Source: Blastocystis sp. Blastoise (taxonomy: Eukaryota > Protista > Bigyra: Opalinata). Taken from it: a DNA stretch of 64,000 nt. Made by a program: the position numbers and the translations under genes. The notes beneath the pieces were generated by a model that saw only the letters and a list, made by a program, of their open reading frames with translations, did no database searches and had not been told where the DNA came from. The stretch is taken from assembly GCA_039096225.1 (NCBI GenBank), contig JBBPEB010000034.1, positions 62,001 through 126,000 of the forward strand, in the 5' to 3' direction. This document shows positions 1 to 15,872 of this stretch, piece after piece. Numbering within the stretch: position 1 is the stretch's first letter; each line of letters starts with the position of its first letter.

Positions 1-1752
1 GTATTTGAAATGGAATTATTTCCTATATATTCAGTAAATGGTTTTCCTTGTTGTACAGCATTATAAATAGCATTAGAGATTTGTTTATTTACAGGATATG
101 AATGAGGAGGAGGAGGAAATATAGAATAAAGATGAGAAGCATTAAAAGGACTATACACTTCTTTATACATTTCTTCTTGTAATTGATTTAATACAAATCG
201 TTCTCGAATAATATAATCATCATCCATATACATGGCATAATCGACATCAAATAAAGTAGAGAAGAAATATTTACCATGATATTTAGAATTCCAATTACTA
301 CACCATACATGATATATAGGATTTGCTGTTATATTAAATATACTTGAATCTAATCTCATTAAATCACTATTTTGATATAATAATATAAATTTAGGAACCG
401 CCCATTGAATTTTAATACTTTTAATTGTTTTTCCTATATAAGGTCGACGATAAACAGCTATATTAACAGCAAGAGTCTTTTCATCTGAAACATAAGGTTT
501 ACATTTAAATAAATAAGGAATAGTATCATAATGAGGAGCAGATTCTAATATATGTTTATCAAATGAATTATAAGTAAAGAACAAAGAATCTTCTTTTATA
601 AATATAGGTAAATAATCCATAACATCAATTTCTCCTTTACGAATAGAACTATAAGAATAAAGTTTACGTATAAGAGCTTGAGATGTTAATAAGCATCCAC
701 TTAGTTTATGTAATGAATTAGAAAAAGTAGAAGATGAACAAGAGAAGAAAGTTAATTCATGATTTTGTATTTGTGTTAATGTAGTATCGATCCATTCAGG
801 AGTAATTTGTTGTCGTTGAGAATCAGTTAATGTATATTCATCAAGATAAAGAATAAAATCAGCAGGTAAGAAGATAGAATACATAAAAGCAACATGATCG
901 GATTCATCATAATTTTGTAATACACAAAAAGGAAAAGAAAATGATTTACAAGGATTATCATCATAATCAAGAGATTTCCCTTTCTCATAAGGTGTAAAAC
1001 GTATAATATAAATTTGACTTCTATAAAAATGTTTAGCATATAATAAAGATAAAGATAATATAGATTCAGTAATATTCTTTGCACGAATTACAATAACAAA
1101 TTTTGGAAGTATAGCTAGATTTTTATTACCGAATTGTTTATTAATTTCAGAAGGAAGTGTTCTTGAAGAATTAGTTTGTTTTATAGTAGTAATAGATTCA
1201 ATTGGTTTAATAGAAGTTTCTGATGATGAAGATATTAATGATGATGATGAAGATATTAATGATGATGATGAAGATGGAAGAGAAACCTGTTTTTCAATCA
1301 ATGACTCAGTAACATTTTTTTGAGTAGATACTCTCTCTGATTTAGTATTATTTTGATTCACAGTGTTTGTATTTGCAGTTATATTTGATGAAGACGGTTT
1401 TTCAGGTGGAATGGCAGACATTTGTGGATTAATCAATTCAGAACTTGATGATAAAGACTCTGATATATTATTCTGTATTTTTGAGCTTGATTCATCTTTG
1501 TTTTCATACATTTTTTGCGAAGAAACTAATGATGACAGCTGATCATTTGTTTTATCAGCTAGATACAATATAATTATTTGATACATAAATCATACATTGT
1601 AACCTATTGATCATACTTTTGAACTGATCTATCGAAAAAGAATCACTATTTCTGATAATTGTTGATGCAAAAGGTGAAAAAATGTTTATCAGCCTTGGTA
1701 GAAAAACAGCTGGTATACATACTAAAATGAAAATTAAAAAACAGATTTTCAT
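1..1752 (-). CDS. Type II membrane glycosyltransferase-like protein (GT-A fold, DDD motif); 3' end beyond window start
   Basis: ATG 1752; N-terminal signal anchor MKICFLIFILVCIPAVFL; 37-nt GT-AG intron 1559-1595; Ser/Thr-rich stem; then TLAVNIAVYRRPYIGKTIKSIKIQ...DYAMYMDDDIII; frame open to position 1. Confidence 0.7.
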
Positions 1753-2001
1753 TCTTTATCAATAGAAGACAAGCTTATAAATTAATATAATAAATTTCAA
1801 AGTGAAAAAGACTATGAATGTCCCCTTCGGAGTTGTAAGTAAACTCAAGTCTTTTCATTGGTTCTTTGAATCTGACTATTTGCTGTTTCACCTCATTTTT
1901 ATTTTTTGACGATAATTTTTTTTTGGAAAATGAAGAAAATAACCGAAGAAATCAGATTAACCATGAGTATAAGAAACACTCAATCTGTTATTATTTTTTT
2001 C

Positions 2002-2281
2002 TGACGTCACCTATTTTTTCTCTGTCTATAAATTAAAAAAAGTTTTTTTATTCATAGAGAAGCATTCAATTTATTATAACGTATCTTCTACATTGTCTAT
2101 GAATCTAGTTAATGTTTTATCGTTGAAAAAGAGGTTTTTAAGTATTTGCCACGCTACGTCATGTCACATATTTTCTGTATACAGGTATTTATAGCTCAGT
2201 CTGATGTTCTATAGCTTTGTAGTGTAATAATCTAAATAAGATAGCCGTCTTCTTAAGAAGCTTTTATTGTCGGATACGTCA
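2002..2281. promoter_or_regulatory. Three ACGTCA (CRE/ATF-like) sites upstream of the glycosyltransferase gene
   Basis: TGACGTCA 2002-2009, TACGTCA 2155-2161 and 2275-2281 in CpG-poor intergenic DNA; function inferred. Confidence 0.3.
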
Positions 2282-3456
2282 TCAGTATAATTCTATTAAT
2301 TGATTATTATTTATAATTCCTTGAATTTATATAGGTCTAATAAGCAGCTGAAGTATCGTAGATATCTAGTTTGAATTTTTAAGAATTTAAAATATTCATT
2401 TTCTGTGACATAATTAATCTCGGACCTTTAAAGCTCGACGAGAATAATGCATTCCATTGACTTTATATTTATATAAATAACTGAAAAGTATATTATTTCT
2501 TTAAACCGAACTATGACAAATTATATTGCGTTTCACTTGTTTCAAGAAGAAAATACCAGTATCACAAGTTGAACGTGAGGCAGAAAGTATTTAAACAACA
2601 TAGAATACATAGTAATGCTATTTTACAGCTTCGTACAACGACTGTGAGAAAAAAACGTAAAATCCCAAACAAGTGATAACCAATTTACTATAATTCTTGT
2701 ATTGATACACTTCATTTACTCTTATAAAACTAATATCCAAAGAAAGGTGAAGAAAGTGGCATTACAATGAAATCTGATGATTAAAAGAGTCATCATCTCT
2801 TTCATACTAAGTGTACATCATAATTTCATACCAATCTGAAGCTGAAATACGTAAATGATGTTCATTATATGAAGAATTATACTTTTCTTAATCACTTTGA
2901 TAACACGAAATACAGTTTTTCTTCAGGTTCTTGTAATAAAATAGGATTCTCATGCACACACGCAAGTTTATTCCCAAAAGCTGAAGCATCCAAAAATTGA
3001 AATGCTTGAAACTAGTATTCTGGTCGTACAATATGTGTGAATTTCACAAAGCAACTATAGGCAATAAACAAATATAATTTTAAATAATAATATAAGAGTG
3101 TTACTTGAATAAGAATTTAAAAAAAAAATTTTTAAAAAATAATTTATAAATTTTATTATATTTGTTGGCTTCGAGTAATTTAAAAATATATTAAATTTAG
3201 TTTTAATTGTATTATCTAGACCGTAAAAGTATAGTAGCATAAATAAAGTTTTTACAGTTCATTTGTTACTGATTCCATTTCAAAATTCTTTTATATGTTC
3301 GGTAGAGTGTTACAAGATTATCTTTATGATTATTGAAATATTTTCCAAACAAAATGATATATCATAAATATATGTATTTTGCTAATTTAATGATTAAATA
3401 CTTTTTTCTATTAATTACTAATATTGTATAGACACGAAGTCAGAAATTGATGTAAA

Positions 3457-3529
3457 GCCCGTCTAGCTCAGTCGGTAGAGCGCCAGGCTCTTAACCTGGT
3501 GGTCGGGGGTTCGAGCCCCCCGGTGGGCG
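3457..3529 (+). tRNA. tRNA-Lys (anticodon CTT)
   Basis: 73 nt; acceptor stem GCCCGTC/GGTGGGC; D-arm TAGCTCAGTCGGTAGAGC; anticodon arm CCAGG-CTCTTAA-CCTGG; GTTCGAG T-loop; downstream T-run. Confidence 0.97.
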
Positions 3530-3840
3530 CTTCTTTTTATGATTCTTAATTTTTTCTTTTTAATCAATAATATAGATTTCATTTTTTTAAAACATCTTAC
3601 AGATACTATGTATTTCTTTAGTTTAGAACAAATTTCGTGGACTACGTATATCATGATTATATGGTGAGTAATAATTGATAATAATAAAACATTGTTTTTT
3701 ATGAAAAAAAAGCGACGTTTGCATCCATAATCCGGAAAAAAGTGAAATGCAAATGAATTACAGAAGATACGAAAGAAGGATATATTCAGGAATATAATCC
3801 AGAAATACGTTTTTCTGATAGATTTTATTTTCTGAAAACA

Positions 3841-6800
3841 ATGGTGAATTTGTCTATAATTTATGAGAATCGTATTTATAATCTGTCTATTGATGAGAAT
3901 AGTACAGGTTATAAGTTAAAGCATGCAATTGAAGTATGATTGAAATGATTACGAAAACTAGATTATTCAATTATGCTATAGGACTTAATTGGAATATCAC
4001 AAAATACGTTCAAGATTCTAATCAATGATAGTTCTTTTGAAGAAAATAGAACTTTATCGTCTCTTCAAATTCAAGGTGAAATACACGTTCAAGTCATTAA
4101 AATATCTACTGAATCAATTGAGAATAGAAAAGAGCTTAAGAATATTGTAACAATATATATATTTCTAATTATAAAAAATATTGATTTATCGATATATCGT
4201 TATATAGGAGATATCTGTTGAAAATGTATTCATTAAGAAAACATATATTCTTTCAGTTGCTTTAACAAACACATTAGAAGATCTCTGTGTATTATTAAGA
4301 GTATTTTTTTTTTACAAAATTCTTTTTTATAGCATTTTTTAATTCATTATTTTTGTGTGTGTTTTTTTATGGCAAAATTCTTTTTATTCATTATTTTTTT
4401 AGAAAGAAGCTAATTTTGATGTCAATACTTACTTTTTATTATTTGAAAAGAATCAATATTTTAATTCTAATAAAACATTATTCGAGTATAATATCAATTC
4501 TCAATCTAAATTATGGTGTATTCCTGTATTTATATTTATTATTTTTTTATTATTATATTATTATTTTTTTATTATTATATTAATATTATGTTTTATTATT
4601 ATATTATTATTATTTTTTTATTATTATATTTATTATATAGTTTCTTATTCCTACGTCAACAATGAAACTTTTTGATATTTCTATTACTAGTATATATATA
4701 ATTATATATATATAACTATGTATATAGATATTCCTCGTCCTCAATTAGCAGAAACTCTTTATAATGAATTATTTATACATAATAATCTCTCTATTCTTAA
4801 TTCACTTCATTTCCATTGTATATAATATAATTAAAGTGGTAATACTATTTATTATTTATATAATTATATATATATAGATATTTATCTTCCAAATGATATT
4901 CTTTCTCTTCTTTCACACCCTATATTCCAAGATATTGAAGATATTTATATTTCTGGTATATATATATATATATATATTATATTTATATTTGCTATATAAT
5001 AATAATATATACTTTACTAATAATTATAATAATAATATATGCTTTACTAATAATTATAATAATAATATATATAGATACATTTTCTTCTATCGATATATCT
5101 TCCTATATATATACTGCTATGGAAACAGGTCTTCTTTCTTCTTATAAAGATATTCACATACCCTTTGCTAAGATTAGTACTACGTCACTAAAACAATTTG
5201 TTGATTATTTCATTTCATGTCCTAATAATAATACACAAACACTCAATTTTTCTAGTATTATTATATCTATCTTATAAATTAATATAAAATTTAAATATTC
5301 TAAATACTATATAATTCTAAATGAATATTTCTTAATAGAATCTTCTTTATCTTCTATTCGTTTATATTCCTATAAACAATTACTTGTACCACTTGTCACT
5401 TATATGGATGTTCTTTTTAATTGTATACATATATAAATTTATTATTTTTAGAAATTATATATATATTTATAATAATAAAATTACATATGTAGTCATAATA
5501 TAAATTTTATATATAATAATAAAATTACATATATAATCATAATATAAATAATATATATATATATTTAGCTGAACTTTTAACTCCATCTATGGTACCTCAA
5601 AGTCCATTGGATGATGATCATGTGCATATTCTAGAATTAAAACAGCAACTGGCTAAAAAGGAATCAGAAAATCTAAATTTAAGAGATCAATTAGATAAAT
5701 CTATAACTGAAATAACATCATTAAATAATCAAATAAGTCAATTACATGAATATTATTCGAGTCCTGATTATATATCTTCTATTATTAATATGTATTCCAA
5801 TCAAACTAGTACACCTCGTTCCTTTATTAATACATTAAGAAATACTGCAGGACCAGAAACTACTACGGATACAAAATCATCTATACAAGAATTCGAAAAG
5901 AACACAGCATCTTGGTCAGGTACATGCTCTGCTCCTCCCATATCTGACAATATAGCCAATCAAAATGTTCCTTTGTCATCTAAATCCACAATGGCTCCTC
6001 CATCAATATATACATTACCATCTATTCCTACTGAATCTATTATCTCTCCTATTACTAATAACGAATCTATTCAATCCAAGGAGAATTCTATGGATATTCC
6101 AAAGGAAACTCTATCTCTTCCTCTCTCTAATGATCACTCTAATGATTCTATTCCTTCTTCTTCTTCTCCCCATATTCAAACTCTATCTCTACCTACTATT
6201 ATACAAAGTAAAAATAGAAATAATAATGCTATCGAAGAAGAAAATAAAGAATTAATGGGTTGTATTGATGATAATAGTGAAAGTAATAATAATAATAGTG
6301 AAAGTAAGAATGATAATAGTGAAAGTAATAGTGATAATAGTGACAGTAATAGTGAAAGTAATAATGATAATAGTGAAAGTAATAATGGTAATAATGATAT
6401 TAATAATGATAATAATAGTAGCGATAGTGATAATAATAATAGTGATAATAATAGTGATATTAATAATGATGATAATAATGATATTAATAGTAGCGATAGT
6501 GATTCTACTAGCGATAGCGATAACGATTCTGAAGAAATATCTTCTCAGTATAATAGTAAAAATAGTGCCGCTATTTATGATGACACTCCCATTGATATTG
6601 AAGATATTGAGGAACCCGTACAACCATCAGCCAACCAGATGAAAGAAAAAGAACAAATTCCTATACCTACTCCTTCTACTTCTGTAACTCGCATAGATAC
6701 TAATAATAATAATAATATAATTAACAAGGAAGAAGAAAAGAAATCTGAAATCTCTCAAAATAACAGTATTTATATATATATATATATATATATCTATTAT

Positions 6801-9724
6801 ATATATATCTATATAGTTGTTGAACAAGAAGATCCATTTATGATGACGTTAGAGACCGTTACAAAGATTCAAAATAGTATTTTCAGATTATATGTAGAGA
6901 AAGGTGATTATATTATGAGAGATACTATTAAAGAAGTTCTTATTAAAGCTAATGTTGATAAAGATATCTATACTAATGTAATCAATCTTGTTATTAAACG
7001 AAAGTTATTTGCCAGCTATGTTGAATTTGCAATAATTATGTTTATTATACAAGTATTTATTATTATTATTATATTATTTTTTTTATTATTATTTTTATTA
7101 TTATTATTTATTTATTTATTTTTATTATTATTTATTTATTTTAATTTTATAACATATATTATTCTAAAACTATATATATATATATAGAAGAATCGTCAGG
7201 GATTGGCTGTTCCTTCTTCTCTTTCTCCTTCAATGATATCTTTATTATCTACTATATCTATTACTTCTGCTCCTCCATCTATCACTAAAAGAGATACTGA
7301 AAATAATTATAATGAAGAGAAACCTATTTCGTCTTATATTCCTTCACCATTAGAACTGAAACGAACAGATGATCTATATAATAAACTCAAAAATGAAAAA
7401 GGAAAAGTCAAAATATCAGCAACAAAGAAAATATTTAGTGAAACTATTACTGTTCCTAAACAATTAAATCAATTGTATATTTTATTTAATTATCTATTTT
7501 AAATCCTATTATATATACATATAATACTATTTCTATTATAGTTATAAGATGCTTGGTGCAGAAAAAGCTCAATCATTACCACGAGGAATATTCTATATTG
7601 CTAATATTCTTATTCTTGTATTTATATATATATTTATTTATTATTAATTTTTATATTCATAAATATATTCATTTTTTTTTTAAATTTTTAATTTTTTTAA
7701 TAGAAAAACAAAAAAGGTTTTTCGATCCCTCATGTAATCCCTCCTGAATTGAAACAGAAAGTATCTGAATATTTAACAAGTGAAGCTGTTACTAATAATA
7801 ATGCTGATAATAATAATGCTGATAATAATAATAATGCTGATAATAATAATAATTCTGATAGTAATAATAATAATTCAGATAATCATAATAATTCTCCACA
7901 AATTAATTCTTTACAAGATTCTATACAAACAGAAACAAAAATAATTAAAAAAGAAGAAGAAAGTAGTTCTTCAAAGCCTATAGATTCCAGTATTCCTACA
8001 AGAAAAGCTTCAACTGTTTCTCTTTCTGAAAAACAGCAACCTACAAATAAACATCAGGCTGATCAAAACGAGTCTATCTCCCAATTAGTAGAGGAAGAGA
8101 AGGAGAATCGTATTTCTGAATCCAATAGTGTAGATATTAACACAGATTCTCCCGATGAAAAAGAGAAGAAGATCGTTAAACGTAAGATGAAGAAGATTAT
8201 TATAAAGAAACGTGTTCGTAAAGGAAGTAAAATTGAAGAAAGAATTGAAGAGAAATTGGTTCCTATTGATGATGATGAAGTATCAAAAGAACAAGAATTA
8301 AAATCTAATAATAATCAGAATAATGATAATAAAAAAGATGAAGGAACTAAAGATACAGATAAAAAGAAAAAAATAGTAAAAAAAATTATTAAACGAAAAG
8401 TTCCTAAAGAAAGTACGAAAGATATAGATTCTACGGATATGAATCCTCATTCTGAAGATACATCTATATTTAAAGATCAAGATACGATTCCTAAAGATAC
8501 TGTAAATCCCCCATCATCTTCTTCTACAAAAAATACTATTCCAGATATTCAAGATATTTCTCTTCAAGATCTAGATATTGATTTAGATTCTATAGATATC
8601 GATATTTCAGATGTTATTTCTAAATCAACCGAAATCAATAATAATATATCTGAAAATGAATCGAATAAAATCAGTACTACACTGAATTCAGATTCAGATT
8701 CTGAAATTGAATCTTTACCTCCACCTATTCCTCCTCGAAGAGGATTCAGTGAAAGTCATCCTCGTCTGAATACTGCTGAATCTCTAAATGGTGAATCACA
8801 TATTCCAATACCTGAAATAAATGAAGAAAATAATAATATAAATGAAGAAAATAATAATAATAATAATGAAAATAATAATATAAATGAAGAGAATACAATA
8901 AGTAATAAACAAATATCTCAGCGTAAAAATAGTATTACTACTAATGCAACTACATCTTCTTCTAAATATATATCATCCCCTCCCGCGGGAATTAAGAGTA
9001 TTTGGACGATTGATTCTAAGTTATTATCAAAACTTCGTCATGATTATAGTGCTATATGTAATGAAAAACGAAAGATTTCTTCTTCTTCAATAAAAAAACA
9101 TTTATCATCACTTTTGGATTATAATAATAAAGTTGTTAAACAAATGTATATATTTATATTATATTACTTTTTATTATTTATATTATTTATATTATTATTA
9201 TATATATATTGTTAATTCTATATATCTTTCTATAAAGACTCAAGATTGTTGCTTCTGATGATGAAAAATTAACAGAAAATCAAGCTATTGTTGCATTATT
9301 CCTAGCTACAAAAAGCCGTAAAGGTACAAATATACCTCTTTTCTTACCTTCAGAATTAAAAGAATTTATTAGTGTTCCACTTCCACCAATAGAACAGGAA
9401 TACAATTCCAGTCAACTTAAAAATTCTTCAAATCTTTGGGAATTAGAAGAATCTCGATTCAATAAAATTATAACCGCGGTTTTACCTCTTGTTTCAGAAA
9501 ATAAAGAAGAAATTCAACGGGAAAACGCTGAAAAAGCATTTTTAAAATCTGGTCTTTCTACATCAGTTATTCAATCAATAGTTTCGCTTGTAACAAAAGG
9601 AAAAGACTACCCCCTGTCCTCTAATCAATTCGCTATTATTACATTTATGATCTCTGTTATTAAAAATAATAGTATTCCTGTTCCAAATAGTATTCCTGAA
9701 TGCTTAGAACATTATCTTCTCTAA
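3841..9724 (+). CDS. Multi-domain protein: N-terminal ubiquitin-like domain, helical/LRR-like region, coiled coil, Asn/Asp/Ser low-complexity tracts and four degenerate EH (Eps15-homology)-like domains; about 13 introns
   Basis: Continuous frame by GT-AG splicing from MVNLSIIYENRIYNLSIDENSTGYKLKHAIEDLIG to ...AEKAFLKSGLSTSVIQSIVSLV...QFAIITFMI...IPVPNSIPECLEHYLL*; EH-type FxIxMFII...G..P..LP ends repeated four times. Confidence 0.7.
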
Positions 9725-10830
9725 TCTATATATATATAACACTTATAATAATCATTGTCATTTTTCTTGTAATTTACTAATAGATTTTTAGTTATATTCT
9801 TATTTTCTTTTACTTGTATTCTATTTCTTTATTTTAATTGCGTATTTTTACGAAACATATATTTATGTCTTTTTCTATATAATATATTATTAATATATAA
9901 TACATTATATATTTCTTTATAGTGTTAGTTAGTTTATTTTCCTTTCCATTCTCATTTTTTAAGACTTTTTGTTTTCTTTTTATTGTTTTATATGAATCTA
10001 CATTCTCTTTTATAATTATTCCATTAAATTCAAAATCCTTATATTTTAAAAACAATAATAATACTCTCAAAAGAGTCCCATGATAAAATATATATGAATA
10101 TAAAGTTGATATAAGAATCAAATTAAATGTTTTTTTTTACATACAAAAAGTAGTAATTTGTTTGTATATGTATTTTACTAATCTATCAATTTATATATAT
10201 ATAATGTTATATTTACAGATATAATACTAATCATCATAATTGATTATAATAATAATTTTTATATATTCTTTCTCATGAAAAAATAATCAAAAAAATTTAA
10301 AAACAAACTAATATTTATTTATATACATTATATATTGAAAGGAAACAAATAATATATAAATATATGCATATACACAGTAAAAAAAATGAATATATATAAA
10401 TTTGAGTAATAAACAAGCAACGAACTTTTATGAAATAATAAACTATAATTAAAATTTACCAATATAATATGATAAATAATACATAATACATATTTATATA
10501 TAAAGTTAATATATATAATACATATTATTGCAAATATCCTAGAAAAGAAAAACTATAAATATATATATGTATATATATATTTTAATATCAAAAAAAAAAA
10601 TCAAAATGAAAAAACAAGAAAAATGAAAACTAAATTCCTATTTATATATATAAAACACTGACAAAGGAAAAGAAAAAAATATTGTTGAACAAAAGAATAT
10701 AAGTATATAATATAATATAGAGGAAATATATATATATATATGAAGTTAAATTAATATATATATATAGCAATAGTATATAGATAACAAATTATTAATATAA
10801 TTAAGAATATTAAATAAATAAATAATTTAA

Positions 10831-12483
10831 TTATTTCTCAAGTGGTTCTTGTTGAGTATATGTATATATATCATTAATAACAGTAGTAGAAAGATGTGTA
10901 GAGGAAGAATTTGATTGGACAGTAGCATCTAGAGATCCATTAGGATGAGCAGGAGATGGAATATTATGCTCTATTTGTGTTCCATGTGACGGAGATAGAT
11001 TGATGAATGAAGAGAAAGGAACATTCACGTGCAATGTTGGAATAGTATTTTTATCTTGAAGTATCGTTGTATCTTTATGATTATGATTATTTGTATTATT
11101 ATTACTATTATTATCATTATTTATATTTATATTTGTATTCATATTATTATTAATAATAGCACTCTTTCTTTCATTATTATTATTATCATCATCATCTTCT
11201 TTTTCTTCTAACTCACGTATAAGAGAGGGGACTTGAGACTGCGTCACAGGGGATAACCTCGAATTATAGGCTCCCACTTGGATTTCAACCACTGGTGGAG
11301 TAGGCGTTAAGATCCGTTTATGATGAAGTACAGGGATGGAAGATGATTGGATGTCTTCAATAGGTCGTTGCTGTAGTAACGTGGCACTCTCCGAAGGAAG
11401 AATAATAGGATTTGGTTTTATTATAGTAATAACAGAAGTAGAAGAAGAGGAAGAAGAATGATCAGCAAATGGACTATATATAGAATTATATATAGAGTTA
11501 TATATATATATATACGTAATCTCACCATATCTTGAGTTATTTGAGGATTGAATCTAAATAAATTTATGTTATATATATATTAGTTATATAAATATATATA
11601 TATATATTTATGCTATATATATATTAGTTATATATAAATACTTTTCTTGAGTTAGAATAAACCATTTCAATTTCTAAATAATAATAATAAATATAATAAT
11701 AATAAATATAATAATAATAAATATAATAATAATAATAATAAATGTGTATACCTGCAAAATAAGTAGCTTCTTTATATGCTTGATGTGTTTTAATAGTATT
11801 TAATATATATAGAGACACACAGCAACAAATAGCATTATAGACTAATACATAATATATATTACCTAGTAATATCTATATAATATGAAGAATATAATCATTA
11901 AATCACTATATTTATATACATCACAAATAGAAGCAACTAAACCATTTACAAGGTATCTATATATATATAGTTCATTATATATATAAAGAATAAATAAATA
12001 ATTATATAAATAATAATATATATATAACTATATATATATATATATATACCCCAGAAGAAGTACGCCAAAGAAGATGACAAAGAATTCTGCCTCGTGTCCT
12101 TCAGGAATAGCGATAGAGAATAGGGATCGTATATATGCACGTTGAGGACCTAAGAAGAAGAAGAAGAGAAGGAAGAAGAATACACCCAACCATTCTATAC
12201 AGGGAATAATAGATATTGTGTATAATAATATGTATAATAATAAATATAATAATAAATATAATAAATATAATAATATGTATAATAAATATAATAATAAATA
12301 TAATAATAAATATAATAATAAATATAATAATAAATATAATAATAAATATAATAATAATAATAAAGTATATACTAGAATTAAAGAGTATATCTGATTGAAG
12401 GAATACCACAACGGCCATATATAAATATACAATAAGTGAAATAGATTGAGTCACCATAAGAATAGATATTGCACTGAAATACT

Positions 12484-12531
<48 letters not shown>

Positions 12532-13241
12532 CAATATATATACAACAATATATATATAACAATATATATAACAATATATATAACAATATATATAACAATA
12601 TATATAACAATATATATATATATATATACTGATGTGAGATAATAGTAAATAGAACGTTTCCAAACATGCTCATTATAGAGGCAAATAAATATATAAAAAC
12701 GATATATAGAGACGATTCCATAGTAACAAAACGCATATAATTATCATAAAATGATATTACTATATATATATAGAATAAATAATAATAATAATAAATATAA
12801 TAATATTATATATATATATATATACCAATAGATATAACATAATACATAGGACCTGTAATAAAAGTAGAAACACATAATATTCGAACTACATTAGGTAAAG
12901 CACCAATATTACTAAAGGTTATTCCATCTATATATATACATATATATATAATTATATATAATTATATATAATAATAATAATAATATATAAATACATCTTT
13001 TGATTGCATAGAAGAGTAGACCTGATCGTTTAATATTCGCGGGAAGATCTTTCCCTTGGCGCCTCGGCATCATACACATAGAAAAAAGAGTTAATAGTAT
13101 ACCCCTATTATATATATATATATAGTTATATATATATATAGTTATATATATATATATAGTTATATATATATATACCATAGACCACAAATACATGAAACAT
13201 ATTTTGATATACTGAAATCATAACGATATGAAAAAAAGATC

Positions 13242-13286
<45 letters not shown>

Positions 13287-13395
13287 TATATATACAAATA
13301 TGAAAATGATAATATTTTGTGATATATAAGCATATAAGTAGCTTTTATTACTAATATAGTGATAAACAGAAGTATTACTCTGAATACGATTCGTA

Positions 13396-13434
<39 letters not shown>

Positions 13435-13962
13435 CTATATACAGCTTGCTTTATCATATTCACGATGAGACTTGGAGAGAATTGGTAGAAGAGTGAAATA
13501 ATGAATCATAGCAGAAAAATAACTTATAGTACTATATATACATTTATATATAATTATATATAATATATATAATAATATAAAATTCTATAAATGATAAATA
13601 TATAATATATAATTATATATAATTATATAAAACTTTATAAATGATAAATACATAATATATATATATATATACGTGATTCCTTCAATAATAGAAAGATGTA
13701 AAAAATCATCTTCAGGGAGGAAAGGTACCAGAAATATACATATATTCCCAAGGAAAGAATATAAATATACTTGTGTATATCGGATTGTACCTTTATATAT
13801 ATAATCATTTTATTATTTATTCATATATATTATATTATATATATAATTATTATTAATGTAATAAAATAATATATATTATATATATACCAAAATCAGATAG
13901 CGGTCCGAAAATGATAATAATAAGAAGAGTAATAATTAGCGAAACATAATTAATAGAATCAA

Positions 13963-13995
<33 letters not shown>

Positions 13996-14249
13996 TAGTG
14001 AATAAAGATATTTAACAATGTATATAAATATACATAGACTTCAGGTAAAATACTAGAATCCCCCATAAATAAATATATATGTTGAATTGTCTCTCCATCC
14101 AATAAAAAACACTGATTATATTCAGCTATATATATATATATATACAATAAACATATTTATAAAAAATAAGTAAAATATATATATACGTGTTCCATTACAA
14201 ACAAAGAATTCTCCATCGAAAGTACACTGTTGACTTGGGTTTGGATTCT

Positions 14250-14304
<55 letters not shown>

Positions 14305-14780
14305 ACATAAATATATCTATAATAATTTTTTTATTCAATTTTATATAAAAAAAAATAAATATATATACAAAAAGAATTGATATTGTTCAGATTCTGTTCC
14401 ATTGATAGTTTCTACTATTTTATCTACATTCTGACATACCTAAAAAAAATAGAATTATATTGATATATATATAAAAATAAAAATAAAAAAAAATGTACAT
14501 CAGGAAAACCAGCTGCAGCATACACATGCTGTCTCAGTAATGAAACTACAATAATCATGACTGCAAGATGATACATAGGATAAATAGAAGCAAAGAGAAA
14601 GTGCCTAAATGACTAATGTAATTATATTTAAATAACGATTTACGATCCTAGTTCTTCTAGTTTCTTTAGAGGAGAGTGTAATATTGTAGTTCTTCTAAAA
14701 TATTTCTTTTTATTTTTCGTATCAACATTGGCAGTTAGAACTCTAGACTTCCTTTCATGAGTATTAGAAAGAGTCGTCAT
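10831..14780 (-). CDS. Atg22/UMF1-like MFS transporter, about 19 introns
   Basis: ATG 14780; IIFGPLSDFG, YFTLLPILSKSH, CGLWGILLTLFS..MPRRQG, RSLFSIAIPEGHEAEFF motifs; multiple TM segments; low-complexity C-tail; TAA 10831. Confidence 0.75.
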
Positions 14781-15872
14781 TTTCAGCTTAAGAAGAGTCT
14801 TATAAAAAGAAAAATATATATAAACAATTAAAACACAGCACTTTATAGATATAATGTTCTTATTTATTTTTTTGAATAAAAAATTTGAAAAACTCCCTCT
14901 GATAAACACAGATTTCTTTGGTTTTTTTGAGATTTTGGATTTTTTTGTATTTGTTTTGTTTTTTAAAAGTTTATTTTTGCTTAAATGGTATAATATACAA
15001 GTGATGACATTTTTAACGATCTGGTTATAATTAAGGTTTTATAGACTTCATTGATTTACTCTATTATTTCTTGTTTGTTGTAATTCCAGTTCATTAACAA
15101 GTTATATTCTAGATAAAACTAGTTTATTTGAAAGCAAGCATTTTTATATAGTTAATAATATATTTTATTTTTAGAATATTGCTGAATAAATTCTTTTTAA
15201 ATAATTAATTTTCTTTTTCTTTTTAAATACAAATTCTTTTTATGATAAAATCTGTAGAACAACACAATATAGAAAATATTTAAAGTGAATATTACAAATA
15301 AAAAAAAAATAGAAATAATAATAAGCAAAAAGTAAAGTTTAAATCAGAATTGATTCAATTCATGAAATAAAAGATAGGATGAATAAATATATTATTCTCA
15401 CAATAATATACATATAAGAATAAATATCATCCCACAAAAGAAGATAGCAACAATGAAATTGCTATCTGAACACAGATATATATATATAAATATATATATA
15501 TAGAATTCATTTTGCTTATATTTCTAGTATAAATATTTTTATATAAATAAAAAGATCCAGTTTTTTTAATCGTGAATACATATATATATATATTCACAAA
15601 AATTGATATAAAAATATAAAATAAAGAGAAAATATATTCCCTATATATATAAATAAATATATATATAGAATGAGTTTTCTCTTGGATAACTGGCAAATAA
15701 AAAGGTAAGAGATAAAAAGAGAGAGATATTAAAGAATTTATAATATATATATATATAGATAAACATAAAGATTGATTTATATATTTATAAATATATAAAT
15801 CCGAAAAGATACAATAAACAAAACACAAAAAGATTTTTGAGTCAACAGCCAAAGAACAGCCAATCATTTCGT

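Noticed and set aside
3463-3654. 63-aa minus-strand ORF
   Set aside because: Antisense to tRNA-Lys
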